From assembly GCF_964355755.1 (NCBI RefSeq), contig NC_092673.1:9920001-9984000 (forward strand): a stretch of DNA of 64,000 nt, read 5' to 3'. Both the position numbers and the translations under genes were made by a program. The stretch comes from Antedon mediterranea. Taxonomy: Eukaryota; Animalia; Echinodermata. How positions within the stretch are numbered: the first letter of the stretch is position 1; each line of letters begins with the position of its first letter. Positions 1 to 12,265 of this stretch are shown here, in pieces. The notes under the pieces are model-generated. The model had not been told where the DNA came from. It did not search any database and worked only from the letters and a program-made list of their open reading frames with translations.

Positions 1-3
1 ACA

Positions 4-864
4 ATGCTACAATTACAGCGAACACAACAAAACGTCCAAAACTCCAAGATTTCCCAACGCTTAGAAAAAAGTCCAATTTACTCAGTAGGACAACTCGTAT
101 ATTTATACAAGCCAACATTATCATCACTAACGGCAAATTCAAAGAAAATCGCCGCAGAATGGGTCGGACCATTAGTAATTCATGAAGTACTAGACAGAAC
201 ATACTACATCCTAGCAACGATTAAAGGAGAAATACTTCGCGACGTATTCAATTATAACAGACTGAAACCCTGTTTTATGAGAACACCTAAAGAACGCAAA
301 CATTTTACACATCTCCAAAAACTTAAACAATTGTTGAATGAACCCACCGATGATAATAACGATAAAATCCAAAACACCATTAATGTAGTAAATGACGAAA
401 TCAATGTCGAATTTGTAGACGAACATGATAGGACACCAGCCCAATTGCAATCAGATACCCTTACACATCCAACTAAGATAGAACCCCTTAACTTGCAACC
501 TTACATTGACTGTGTAGAGAATAACATGGGATTAGCAGCCCCATTCCAAATGAAAGAGGAACAAATTAAGGAACAAACTAATTTAATTATGACAGCACCT
601 AATGATTCAAATATGACATTAAACCGAGGTAGATTTAAAGCAGGACATTTCCAAGTTTTAGTTTCGTATTCTAAACCGACTTCAGCCAAACGTAACACTG
701 ATGAAACAAAACACGAATCTAATGATCGCAAATTTTGGTGGAATATTGACAGATATAACGATACAGAGAAATTGATTAAAGAGATCATTAATGATAAACA
801 GATACCGATAAGTGGATCGCCAAAACGATTCATAAAACGTTTGTATAATGCAACGAATTACTGA
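4..864 (+). CDS. C-terminal part of a Gypsy pol/integrase ORF (GPY/F region plus long extension); 5' end lies outside the window
   Basis: Open frame contains YSVGQLVYLYKP...KKIAAEWVGPLVIHEVL...FNYNRLKP, typical of the Gypsy integrase GPY/F region. A PPT and LTR follow. Confidence 0.8.
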   Translation: MLQLQRTQQNVQNSKISQRLEKSPIYSVGQLVYLYKPTLSSLTANSKKIAAEWVGPLVIHEVLDRTYYILATIKGEILRDVFNYNRLKPCFMRTPKERKHFTHLQKLKQLLNEPTDDNNDKIQNTINVVNDEINVEFVDEHDRTPAQLQSDTLTHPTKIEPLNLQPYIDCVENNMGLAAPFQMKEEQIKEQTNLIMTAPNDSNMTLNRGRFKAGHFQVLVSYSKPTSAKRNTDETKHESNDRKFWWNIDRYNDTEKLIKEIINDKQIPISGSPKRFIKRLYNATNY

Positions 865-1741
865 TTTAATTTTTTTTGCAAGATTTTTTTTAATTACGAC
901 ATTTGCTAAATGATAGCATAGTCTACGTATTTTTGATGAGATTTGTTTAGTAATGATGTGATTTCAGTTAAAAGAGAATTGAAATTATGATTAAGTATTG
1001 ATTTTGTAACGAGTTTTTTGATAAAGATTAAATTTGAATTTTGATGATCGATATGTTGAGATATTGAAAAGAACGACAATCATTTTGTAACAAATATTTT
1101 GTTTAACCTTTGAGTCGTTAATCTCAAGCATTAATTAATTGATATACAATAACAGGAGATTTTCTTAGTACTTTTAATTGTAATTTTTTTTAAATTGAGT
1201 ACAAAAGTCGAATTTGTCGATTGATTGAAATCGTAATTACCTGTGAATATAAATGCTTAAATCGATAAAGTTGCGACGATAACGATATATTGTGGATAAG
1301 TTTGTGTCAACGGGACACACACATTTGTTTCTTTAAAGTTTTAAGTGATTAAGTTTGATATTTTGATTTTAGGCAAATCAGCCACAGTTTCTTGAGTTTT
1401 ATGTTTTGATTTGATGATTTATGTTTGAAGACCATTAGAACGCGATGAGTTGTCGCACGATTTGACGTATGTTCAATGTAACATACTATTTTTAAGTTTT
1501 GTATTTTTATTTTTAACTGATTTATGTTTGATTTACGCGAATTTTATACCAAATTCATTTTTAATTTCATTTTTTTAAGAGAGAGAAGAGAGAGAGTGAA
1601 AGTGATAAGGTTACACTTCAGAGTCAATGGTTTTGGCTAACTCAATTTTTGCTTATATATGTATAATAATGTTTTTTTTCTTTTATATAACTTTAATTTT
1701 GCATGCCACTATTATAACCATTTTTATATTTTAAATAGATT

Positions 1742-1770
1742 AGAAGAAAAAAAAAAGGGAAACAGAGGGA
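1742..1770 (+). other. Polypurine tract of the Gypsy element
   Basis: AGAAGAAAAAAAAAAGGGAAACAGAGGGA immediately precedes TGTAATATAA. Confidence 0.85.
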
Positions 1771-2463
1771 TGTAATATAACGATATACTTTTATATTTAA
1801 GAAATCGACCTTTGTATCGGAATTCAAATAAGTTCACAAACTTGACCCAGAAAGTCCAGAGGAGAGTTTGTCCAGATGTTTTAATGACCATTTAGTTTAT
1901 AATAGAATCCCTAAAGAAAACACTTAGCTTAATTTTGTGACTTTTCCCATCGTTAAACCAGGAGTGATTGACACTATTTAAGTACAGATTTGACAGTGTC
2001 ATCCATCACAGAAATACCTTATTATACCGTTAATCACTCCCACTTAAACACCCCTGGATCAACTTAGGACCAATCGTTACCCTCACAGATTACGTAGTGA
2101 CATATGCAAATGAACCGAGGGCCAATATACTCCCAAGTTTCAGAAGGGCCCAGACACACCTTACAGCCACCTCACGGAGCACACACACCTTACAGCCACC
2201 TCACGGAGCACACACCTTACAGCCACCTCACGGAGCACACACCTTACAGCCATTTCACGGAGCACACACCTTACAGCCACTTCTCCAGAAGCAGACTAAC
2301 ACACTTCACACCTCACCGACAGCATCACTGATCCTCCGTTCCTTATCTATACTTATAGTTGTATATTGTACTAAAGTATTATACTGAATAAACAATCTGT
2401 GTTACGACAGTCAAGCGAGTCAGAGTCTTCATTAGTACCTCAACAACGCAACATTATATTACA
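1771..2463 (+). mobile_element. 3' LTR (693 bp) of the Gypsy element
   Basis: Perfect 10-bp inverted termini TGTAATATAA...TTATATTACA, adjacent PPT, and AATAAA at 2387. Confidence 0.88.
2154..2282. repeat. 27-bp minisatellite (about 4.5 units) inside the LTR
   Basis: CACACCTTACAGCCACCTCACGGAGCA repeated in tandem. Confidence 0.95.
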
Positions 2464-2700
2464 GTAGGTAGAAACTTCATTTTATTTATGTACTTTCACA
2501 TTATGATGAGGGGATGGAATTCCACAAACACCTTTGGAACATGCACATTAGCTGAAATATGCAAATTAATGGTTAAAATATAGGGTATACAGTAGGCCCT
2601 ACCCATAAACGCCAACCGCTAGTTGTAGAGTATAATTTTTTTCCCCAAATTGTTCTTATGAACCATTTTGTACAACAAATGACTATAAGTGCTGTATTTG

Positions 2701-3237
2701 ATTCAGGGACGATTCGGCCCACTTTGTGGGCCGAAACGTCTCACTTTAGACCAAATTCATATTCATTTTTTTGGGTATTTATCAAGTTTTTAAAGGTGTT
2801 TAACAATCCGTATTTTATTGATATTGACAATGTTAATATAATATATATAATAAATTACAAAAAAAACGTAATTTTATATTCAATTTATTACTTTCGAAAA
2901 CCTTGTTTATTCCGTGCATTCGCCAAGCGGCCAACAGAGGACGTAACTTGTTTACATCGTTCGCGTGACTAAAAAATGATTTTTTCGACAATGTTTTCAA
3001 AATGTTTGCTTTATTGCATCTTTATCCCATGTAGTACTACCCCATAGTCTCTCTGAAAATAAGGTTTGAGGAAAAAAGCTTATTTTATGCTTATAAAATG
3101 CATCAAAGCCGATAAATTTAAGTGTGCCGAATCGTCTCACTGCCGAATTGTCCCGGGCCGAATAGTCCCGGGCCGAATCGTCCCAGGGTTGAATCGTCCC
3201 AGGGCCGAATCGTCCCGGGCCGAATCGTCCCGTTACC
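2701..3237. mobile_element. Non-autonomous Mutator (MULE)-like element with subterminal 15-bp tandem repeats
   Basis: 9-bp TSD CTGTATTTG at 2692-2700 and 3238-3246. GGGACGATTCGGCCC on the left is inverted against tandem GGGCCGAATCGTCCC units on the right. Confidence 0.75.
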
Positions 3238-3595
3238 CTGTATTTGACCTTATTTTCAAAGAATCAAGGTAACTTTCACCATAGTCAATAATTCCATTGA
3301 CTATGCTTTCACACAGGATTTACGTATCACCATAACTACTCTAGGTAGAGACATCATTTTAGTCTCTATACTTTCATATATGTAGAAGAGATGGGATTCC
3401 ACAAATCACACTTTGGAAACATATGCAACAAACACACACAATCGATCGACCACACAACCTCTCGCCATTCTGGTGGAGGTAGTTAGCTGAAATATGCAAA
3501 TCAACTGAAATATGCAAATTAAGGGTAAAATATAGGGCACCTGGTTAGAATCTCATTTACAGGACCTGGATTCTTCATTATTGTTCGCCTTTTAA

Positions 3596-5210
3596 AGGGG
3601 GATTCTGGGTTTAAAATTGCTTTTAAATATCGTTTATTTATTAAATAAAAAATATTATAACAATATAGACATGTCAGAATGAAGAAGTAATAACGAGAAA
3701 TTAAAAAAATTAAATTTCATATACATTTTAGGGTAAATTCATGGAAAGTCTGTTTTTCAGCAGCTTAGGGAAGCTCATTAATATTCATGAGCTATTCACA
3801 AAATCACGTCATCAGTGGATTCCAAACTCGCGACGTCAAGCTTTTTGTACGTTGTGTTCTCTCTCCCCTGTCAAACGACGACCACCCGATCATTGTGAAA
3901 TACATTTTTGGTTAGATTTTCTAAGCTAGGCCTAAAGTGTAATAATAACAGTAGTAGCATATATATTTATTTGACATTTAATTAAATATAACATTTAGTA
4001 CAGATTACGGAGTCATAAATTATACTATTTTTATACCTCGAATAGTACAGATCGTATATCGGCTTCACGTACTAGGCTAGGCCTAGCCTAAATCATTTTA
4101 TTCATGGGTGAGAGCCATTTCTGACTAGGGATTCCATGCCACGATGGCTACGTTAAAACATTGGGGCCATCATTCATGGGCCTAGCTAGCCTATTACTAA
4201 ACGATTGGCCCATAAATAACAAAACTCAGTGGATTCCAAACCCATCCTATCAACCAAACTCCTAAACAATCTAAACCTAAAACGTTCTACAAAAATCGGC
4301 TGTAAATATTGAGGCAAAACAAGGTCCGATCGCCGTCCGCACGTATGGTGTCCCGATCGTCTAATAAGTAGGCCTAAAATAGGCCTAGTTTACTCTCCAA
4401 AAAAGCGGATACTGCATCAAGCAAGTAGACCGGTAGTAGGAAGGAGACCTACCTAGCCGATCCGGCCCAGTTAAAAATTGAGCTAGCTAGTGTAGTAGAC
4501 CCTATGCGAATTGATACTACCAGGCCTTTTACTATAAGCTACACTTGTTAAAATTAGCAATACTTATGTTTACAAATATTCCAACTCTCTCTCTCATTCG
4601 AGCTATATTATCTATACCATTCCGGTAGGTCGAGTCGACCTTCAATCAAATACTGTACATCGTTCATGTTGTGATTATAGACGGGGTATACTTGACCCGA
4701 CCAGTTTGGTATTGTATACTGTATCTGCTTATCACGTGACGATGCCAGGCATGGGCAGAGAGAGCACGTGTATCGTCGTCTCGCTCTCCTCGCTCAGCAG
4801 GAATGTATACGTTACGCTTCATTGATTTTGAAGGTTTTCCCTAAGTCAGTGCGAAAATCGGCAAACGTAAAGTGCAAACTTATCTAATTTTTCACTGTTT
4901 TGATGGATTTTCATAGACAATTGACTTTATAAATGGGAAGACCAACTAAAATTACATCAGATAAGTATAATTTTACAAAAGTAATTGATATGGTTAATGA
5001 TAACGAGTCGTCGGAAGATTGACCATTTCACGAATTTCCTATTCTGTAACCACAGTGTGATTTTGCCGTAGCTGCACTTGTAATCTGGCCTCATTTCACA
5101 GCCTTCGTTCTGCTTCACTGGGCGCTTATATAAATTGAAACTTTTACCGTTCAAGAGACAAACAAATATATTTTATTTTTTACTATTCATTTTAAACCCG
5201 GAACCCCCCT
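3596..5210. mobile_element. Kolobok-type non-autonomous DNA transposon
   Basis: TTAA TSD on both sides; TIRs AGGGGGATTCTGGGTTTAAAAT / ATTTTAAACCCGGAACCCCCCT. Confidence 0.8.
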
Positions 5211-5214
5211 TTAA

Positions 5215-5520
5215 TGTCCAAGTCGTATACATACAGGCTAGGAAGATTGAGATAGTAATAGTACTGATCTCCACATAATGTTTAGCTTTGGGACAGCAAT
5301 GGTTGGCTATGGTACTCTTGCAATTACTTCCGTTCTTGAGCCCTCTTCTTTGATGGTCGAACTAAGATATATGAACTTATTCACTGTCTCCAGCTCATGC
5401 CCGGTGACTTCGATCTTGATTGAGATTTGCCTTTCGCTATTGGTCATGATCTTTGTTTATTCGGAACTGATTTCTATGCCACACCTGGAGGATATTACTG
5501 TCCAGGTTCATCGTCATTAG
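5215..5520 (-). mobile_element. RTE-clade LINE reverse transcriptase fragment
   Basis: Minus strand translates to ELETVNKFIYLSSTIKEEGSRTEVIARV*...KLNIMW, resembling the RTE RT C-terminal region. Confidence 0.65.
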
Positions 5521-5789
5521 TTTGTCAAAACCAAATTATGTACTCACGATTAATATTTCGTCTCAACACTTCGGGAGACTTCGTCAGAATGACCATCCAA
5601 ACTTCTTTTCCAAAAATCGATCCACTATGATGTACATCCGTAGACTCTTTCGCAGTTGTAGATTTCTTGGATGTTAAAAAAAAATCGTGCCATCCTCTCT
5701 GTAGAGTGTCTTTGTGCCCCCCAAAAGAACATGACAAAAATTCATGTGAAATCAGAGAAGCCATAGAGATCAGGTATTTAGCGGATTAA

Positions 5790-6686
5790 ACTATCCATAT
5801 ACTCGCTATTGCTGAATAAAAAATAAAAGGACTCAATCGGTGATAACCAGATAAATATAAACGGATACCAACACATACGACGAGACAGAAAGAGACATGG
5901 TGAGGGCATGGTGCTATACATTGCCACTGCGCTATCTTTCATTGAAAATAAAGCAGATGCATATCTATCAACTTAAGAAGTAAAAGTGGCAACAAATTGA
6001 CAATTACCACTTCGTACAAACCACCATCATCTAAAACATACTACTTTGATGACCTAAGTAATCTTCTTGAACTTACTGGTGTACATGACAGAGACTATAT
6101 TCTCATTGGAGACTTAAACTCTGATTTTTTAGTACCTAACGCGAACACAAGAAAGCTACAGAATACTATGGATGACTGTAATCTTCTGCAACTATAGTAA
6201 ACCAGCTCACCCGCATCACTGAAAATACCAAATCAATTATCGACGTGATCATCACATCAAACAAAAACATGCATCTCCAAACAAAGGTTTATGACCATTC
6301 TATGAGTGATCATGATGCTGTTTGAAATGAGGTTTCTTATAACATTTTTAAAAACAGGCATATAACTTAAAAAATCGATCTTTCAAAAATTTTAACAAAA
6401 GCCTTTTCCTCGAAGACCTTGAGAAAATAAAATGGGATGATTTGATCAGGAATCCAGATTCTATTGATTTATTTTATTCAAATTTAAATGATGTGCTAAA
6501 CCATTACGCTCCTCTTATTACTAGGCGTTTTAAGGGAAAACTACCAAGCTGGCTAATCCAACGGGAGGACATTTTGGACTTAATGCGTGATAGAGCTCGA
6601 ACAAAAGCAAACAAATCATACATCAGATTGGCGGTACAAGTAACTAGTCTATGCCGAAGTGCTAAATGTAGTTTTTACTTAGATCT
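5790..6686 (+). mobile_element. CR1/L2-group LINE ORF2 5' part (APE endonuclease), decayed
   Basis: YKPPSS...ILIGDLNSD, then TRITENTKSIIDVII and SDHDAV motifs, with stops and frameshifts. Confidence 0.8.
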
Positions 6687-6687
6687 A

Positions 6688-7129
6688 AGGCTGTGTTTAT
6701 ACAACACCCTAAATTTGAACACGTCTTTAATTTTTAGCGTGTTACACGGGCCAAGGTCAACTCCACAAAAACCTTGCAGTTATACATTAAATCGTAATAC
6801 CGTGTTATACCGTAGTTCATAATCCTAAGTTGTATATATACTTGCATGCATTATGAATTAATATGAGTTTATTAAGGATTTTAATAAAGGATGATTTCTT
6901 TAAAATTTAGTTTATTTATTTATTGATTTTTTAAATCTGCTTTTAATATTAGAAAAAAAATTGTTTTAGAATTAAGATAAAACTATGCTACATTTTGCCA
7001 AATTATGCCAACATTTAATTAGCGTTAATGTTGAGTGCTAAATTGGTTAAAATACCCCAAAATGCAGAATTTTCTACTAGATTTGGTCAACATTTTCACA
7101 GTACATACTTGTATTTAACGAGAGGTCAA
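6688..7129. mobile_element. PIF/Harbinger-type MITE, right end lost
   Basis: Begins TAA-GGCTGTGTTTATACAACAC. Near-identical to 56802-57230, whose copy keeps the opposite TIR GTGTTGTATAAACGCGCCC-TTA. Confidence 0.75.
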
Positions 7130-7177
7130 TTGCTAAAGTGGTGACCCTCTACTTTCTTATTCCGAATTTAACTTAAA

Positions 7178-8106
7178 ATGGAAGGACAACAGCAACGACG
7201 GCGGCTACTGCAACCTCCAGCACAACCCCAGCACCAGGAACAACCTGTGGTGCCCGCTCCTGACGCAGCAACCGTCAACAGGCCAATTTCTTCTGTAGCG
7301 TTGAAACTGCCTCCATACTGGCCCAATGATCCGATATTGTGGTTCACCCAAGTGGAAGCACAGTTCACATCGCGTGGGATTACAGTAGATGCTACAAAAT
7401 ACGCTTACTTAGTCGGATCATTGCAACCTGAAATTGCGCAGGAAGTTCGGGATCTACTTCTCAACCCGCCTACTGATAACAGGTATGTGAACTTGAAAGA
7501 TACCTTAATACGTCGGACAACTGACTCCGACCAACAGCGCCTCCGCCAACTCCTGACGGCCGAGGAGTTGGGGGATAGGAAACAGTCGCAATTATACCGA
7601 CGGATGTTACAACTCTTAGGCGACAGGCCACTCGAATCTTCAATTATGAAACAACTATTCTTAAGTCGCCTCCCAACTAATGTACAGCTTATCCTAGCTT
7701 CAACCAAGGATGAGTTGGACCTGGGAAGCTTGACATCATTGGCTGACAAAATTATTGAAGTATCTGTAACTGCAACTGCGCCAACAAGTGTATCGGCAGT
7801 ACACACGGACAATACACCCTCCTTGCGACCCTTGAAACCCTGCTAAAACAGATTCAACAACTGTCAACACAAGTTAATTCCTTGCAATCTGATCGACGGC
7901 ACAACAGACATCAAAGTCGCAGCACAGGTCGACATCAAAATCGATCGAGTGGTAGGCATTCATCTCCTGCTCAACCTAACAGTACCAATCGCTCAGCTCA
8001 ACATTCAAACAACACTCCTCAACTCTGTTGGTACCATGACAAATTTGGAGTAAATGCTCGAAAATGCAATCCGCCGTGTTCGGAAAACTCCAACGCCGAC
8101 AACTAA
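7178..8106 (+). pseudogene. gag: Gypsy gag (frameshift near 7830)
   Basis: VALKLPPYWPNDPILWFTQVEAQF N-terminal domain and the CsRn1-type CHCC knuckle [18 protein letters not shown]. Confidence 0.88.
8082..8088 (+). promoter_or_regulatory. Putative -1 ribosomal frameshift heptamer G_GAA_AAC
   Basis: Lies in the gag/pol overlap; pol is in the -1 frame relative to the gag end. Confidence 0.65.
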
Positions 8107-11100
8107 ATGCGACGAATGTTGCTGGCCGTCAAATCGTAAGTCGCCTTTTCTTTATTGTAAATAAATTATCAAAACAACGTTTCCTCATAGACACTGGGGC
8201 AGAAGTTAGCGTTGTTCCACCTACTCGCCATGAGCGTCTACATAGGCGACAAGAGTCTACTTTGACTGCCGCAAATAATACATCTATCAACACTTATGGA
8301 CATTGCTCTGTAACCTTAGACTTAGGTTTGAGACGAACATCTCAATGGTTATTTGTTGTCGCAGACGTCACACACCCCATCATAGGGGCTGATTTTTTAA
8401 GACATTTTGGACTGTTAGTCGATATGAATAATCGACGACTCATTGACACTACCACCAACCTGAGTATTCAAGGTGTCGCCTCCAAAACTTCGCCTCTCGG
8501 TCTTATATTTACCACCCTTGAGGCTAAGTCCAATTGGAACTACATTCTTACAAAATTCCCAAACATTACACGCCCTTGTTATCAGGAAGCGTCACTAAAA
8601 CACGATGTGACACATCATATTCAGACCCATGGTCCACCAATTTCGTCACATCCTCGACGGCTCGCACATGACCACTGCAAAACAGCCAGACATGAATTTG
8701 AACACATAATGCAGCTTGGAATTATACGCCCCTCTAAAAGTAACTGGGCATCACCTTTACATATGGTGCCTAAGAAAACTCCTGGGGATTGGCGTCCCTG
8801 TGGGGATTATCGAGCATTGAACAATGCTACTGTTGCAGATCGGTATCCTATCCCGTACATGCACGATTTTACAGCATCTCTGCACGGATCCACTATATTT
8901 TCTAAGATTGATCTCGTCCGAGCTTACCATCAGATACCAGTTGAACCTGCTGATGTTCATAAACAGCAATTACTACACCATTTGGACTTTTTGAATTTGT
9001 TAGAATGCCATTTGGCCTCCGCAATGCCGCTCAAACTTTTCAACGTTTTATTGATCAGGTAACGCGTGGATTGGATTTTTGCTACGCTTATATCGACGAC
9101 CTGCTTGTTGCAAGTTCCAACGCCGAGGAACACGAAACTCATCTTCATCAACTATTCACACGTCTTAATGAGTATGGCGTTGTTCTCAACCCAGCGAAAT
9201 GCCAATTTGGAGTTTCGTCACTCGAGTTTTTTGGACATCATGTTGATTCGCAAGGTGTCCGACCACTTCAAGTAAAGGTCGAAGCGATACAAAACTTTCC
9301 ACAACCAACTTCTTTACGCAAACTACGTGAATTCCTTGGACTTATTAACTTTTATAGGCGATTTATACCGCAGTGTGCCCAGATTTTACAACCTGTCACA
9401 GCTCTACTTGTTGGGGCAGGTAAGAAACAGGAACTGGTATGGACCGACGCAGCTTTATTGGGATTTAATAATATTAAAGTCGCCCTCGCAAGTGCTACAC
9501 TTCTCACCCATCCGCAGCCAGATGCACCTTTAAGTATCATGGTTGACGCTTCGGATGTGGCCATAGGGGGTATACTACAACAATGCATTGACAACAATTG
9601 GCAACCTATTTCATTTTTCTCACAGAAGTTGAAACCAGCGCAGACGCGATACTGCACATTTGGTCGTGAACTTTTGGCGGCATACCTTTCAGTTAAACAT
9701 TTTCGTCATTCACTTGAAGGACGCTCATTTCATATTTTTACTGACCATAAGCCACTTGTGTATGCTTTACTCGCCAAACCAAATCGTCACTCGCCACGCG
9801 AAATCCGTCATCTCGATTTCATATCTCAATTCACAACGGACATACGCCATGTGAGTGGAAAAGCTAATGCAGCAGCTGATGCATTGTCGCGAATCGAACT
9901 TAATACTTTCAGTCACAACACAACTAACATTGTTGATTTTAGTCTTATTGCTGCTGCACAAAAGAATGACGATGAATTGCACAAGCTACTTGAATCACCG
10001 TCTTCACTACAATTTCAAAACTTTCCAATTCCAACTTCTGACTCTACAATTAGAGATTAGATATTTCCAAAGGCAATCCACGTCCATATATCCCACAAGA
10101 ATTCAGACGCATAATATTTGACACTCTACATTCGCTATCACATCCTGGTATATGAGCAACACAACGTTTAATTACTGACCGTTTCGTATGGCCAGCAATC
10201 AATCGTGATGTATGACGATGGTCTCAAACATGCATTCAATGTCAACGTTCCAAAGTACACCGGCACACCGTTTCGCCACTCTCTACTTTTTCTACACCTG
10301 ACGCCCGTTTTGACCATGTACATATAGATATTGTTGGACCTCTCCCTCCGTCAAATGGTTTTTCTTATTTACTAACTTTTATCGATCGTTTTACTCGATG
10401 GCCCGAAGCCGTACCTATTCCGGATATCACAGCCGATACTGTCGCACACGCATTTGTCAATCGATGGATCGCTTCATTCGGAATACCTTCAACCATTACA
10501 ACAGATCGAGGAAGACAATTTGAATCTGCATTATTTCATTCACTCGCCAACTTACTAGGAACTAAGCACATTCATACAACTGCATACCATCCTATTGCGA
10601 ACGGACTTGTAGAACGTTTTCATCGACATTTGAAGGGTTCTCTCAAAGCACATAATGATCACACTAAATGGACAGAACACTTACCTATAGTACTTTTAGG
10701 CATTCGTACAGCCCTTAAGGCTGATCTAGGTCATAGCGCAGCTGAACTTGTTTATGGCACTACTTTAAGATTACCTGGACAATTCTTTAATTCAAACTCT
10801 GAACATTGTGATTATTCTAATTATATTGATAGATTGCGTGATAATATGAGTAAACTACCGTATATTTCGGTGTATAAGTCGCACTTTTGGCACGCAAATT
10901 TGACCTCTAAATTAAGGGTGCGTCTTATACACCGAACATAAAATAAATGCCTCACCACACAGAGTGTACATATCGTCACCTCGTTGGCTAGCTAGGCCTG
11001 AGTAGGCTAGGCTAGGCCTAGCTACAGTGTACTAACGTAACGGCAACCTGCTTCTGCCTAGTTTTCAAGGCATTTTAGCGTGATGTTATACTAAATATGA

Positions 11101-11905
11101 TGAAAAGATTTGTTTATTATGGAGCTGTTTTAGGCGCTCCGATAAAATTTCATTTGTAAACGTTTACGATTGGAATAGTATTTATTTATAGTTATACGCA
11201 CGATCCCCGACCGCCGTACCCCCAGCGCAAGCCCTTCTTGGCGGCCACATGTTGTACGGTATTCGACTAGTATATTCTCCAGGTGATTATAGCATGGACC
11301 TAGCGTACACACTTCTCGGATACATAGATACTAATCGAATACGATTGTCCGTGAAAACGTGCGCCCTCTCGAAATGATCGAGCGAGGCTAGCCCACACAC
11401 GTGCGTGTTACACACACGGTCATGCACTCGATGTTGCGGGTGCGAAACTCATGAATAACAAGTTAGAAATAACTTGTTGAGGCTGGGCGCGGCCGAGCCT
11501 AGGTAAGAAAAAACCTAAATAATAATATAACAAAATATATTATTACAATAATATTGATTACAATTTAAAAAAAAACATTGTTTTGATGAAATATAAGGTA
11601 CCGATATTTTACTCTCAGTTAGGGGGTGCGTCTTATACACAGGTGCGACTTATACACCGAAATATACGGTACGTCCCACACCTACCCACACCAACTCTAA
11701 CCGTAAATCCTATATCAATCAAGAAATATTTAATTGTACCCATGTTTTTGTTCGAAGGGACTCTGTTCGAAAACCCTTACAACGTCCATATGATGGTCCA
11801 TTTAAGGTATTAAGTCGAACAGACAAACACTTTGTTCTCGATCTAAATGGTCGACAGGACACAGTCAGTATTGATCGCTTAAAGGTAGCTCATTTGGATA
11901 CTGAT
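8088..11905 (+). pseudogene. pol: Gypsy pol (PR-RT-RH-IN), disrupted by frameshifts, stops and a MITE
   Basis: [35 protein letters not shown] and integrase HIDIVGP...TTDRG...NGLVER motifs. Confidence 0.92.
10858..11669. mobile_element. Tc1/mariner (pogo/Tigger-like) MITE inserted in the integrase
   Basis: TA TSD; perfect TIR CCGTATATTTCGGTGTATAAGTCGCAC. Removing it restores ...SKL|RPTP. Confidence 0.9.
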
Positions 11906-12265
11906 TTATTTAAAAGCCAAGAGCAAACCCTCACTCCCAAGCTACAAGCATTACCCTAGTCAAACCAACCAATCCGTCACCCATTTTTGCAACCCCTCCC
12001 CGTACTACTTGTTCTGGTAGACATGTTCATTTCCCTCAACGTTTTGTCTCGTTCTATCATTAATACTTTCACTGGAAGGGGGCTCCTGTAGCAGACCTAC
12101 CACATAGCTTTTAAACAATTCAACATTTACTTTTAATTTGATTATTTATACATCCTCTATATATCTCTTTATTTAACCTCACATTGACAGGTTACCTTCA
12201 CTTTTCTAGCTAATGGATTTTAAGAATGTTAATGACTCTAACAGAAAACCACATTAATTCTCTAA

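Noticed and set aside
2097-2387. ORFs with repeated HTLQPPHGA / HTPYSHLTE peptides
   Set aside because: Translation artefacts of the 27-bp LTR minisatellite.
3066-3272. ORF with GRIVP / RAESS repeats
   Set aside because: Arises from the 15-bp subterminal repeats of the MULE-like element.
2464-3540. Octamer motifs ATGCAAAT as an snRNA or histone promoter
   Set aside because: They lie in a dispersed repeat (2464-2590 resembles 3343-3540) and no snRNA or histone gene follows.
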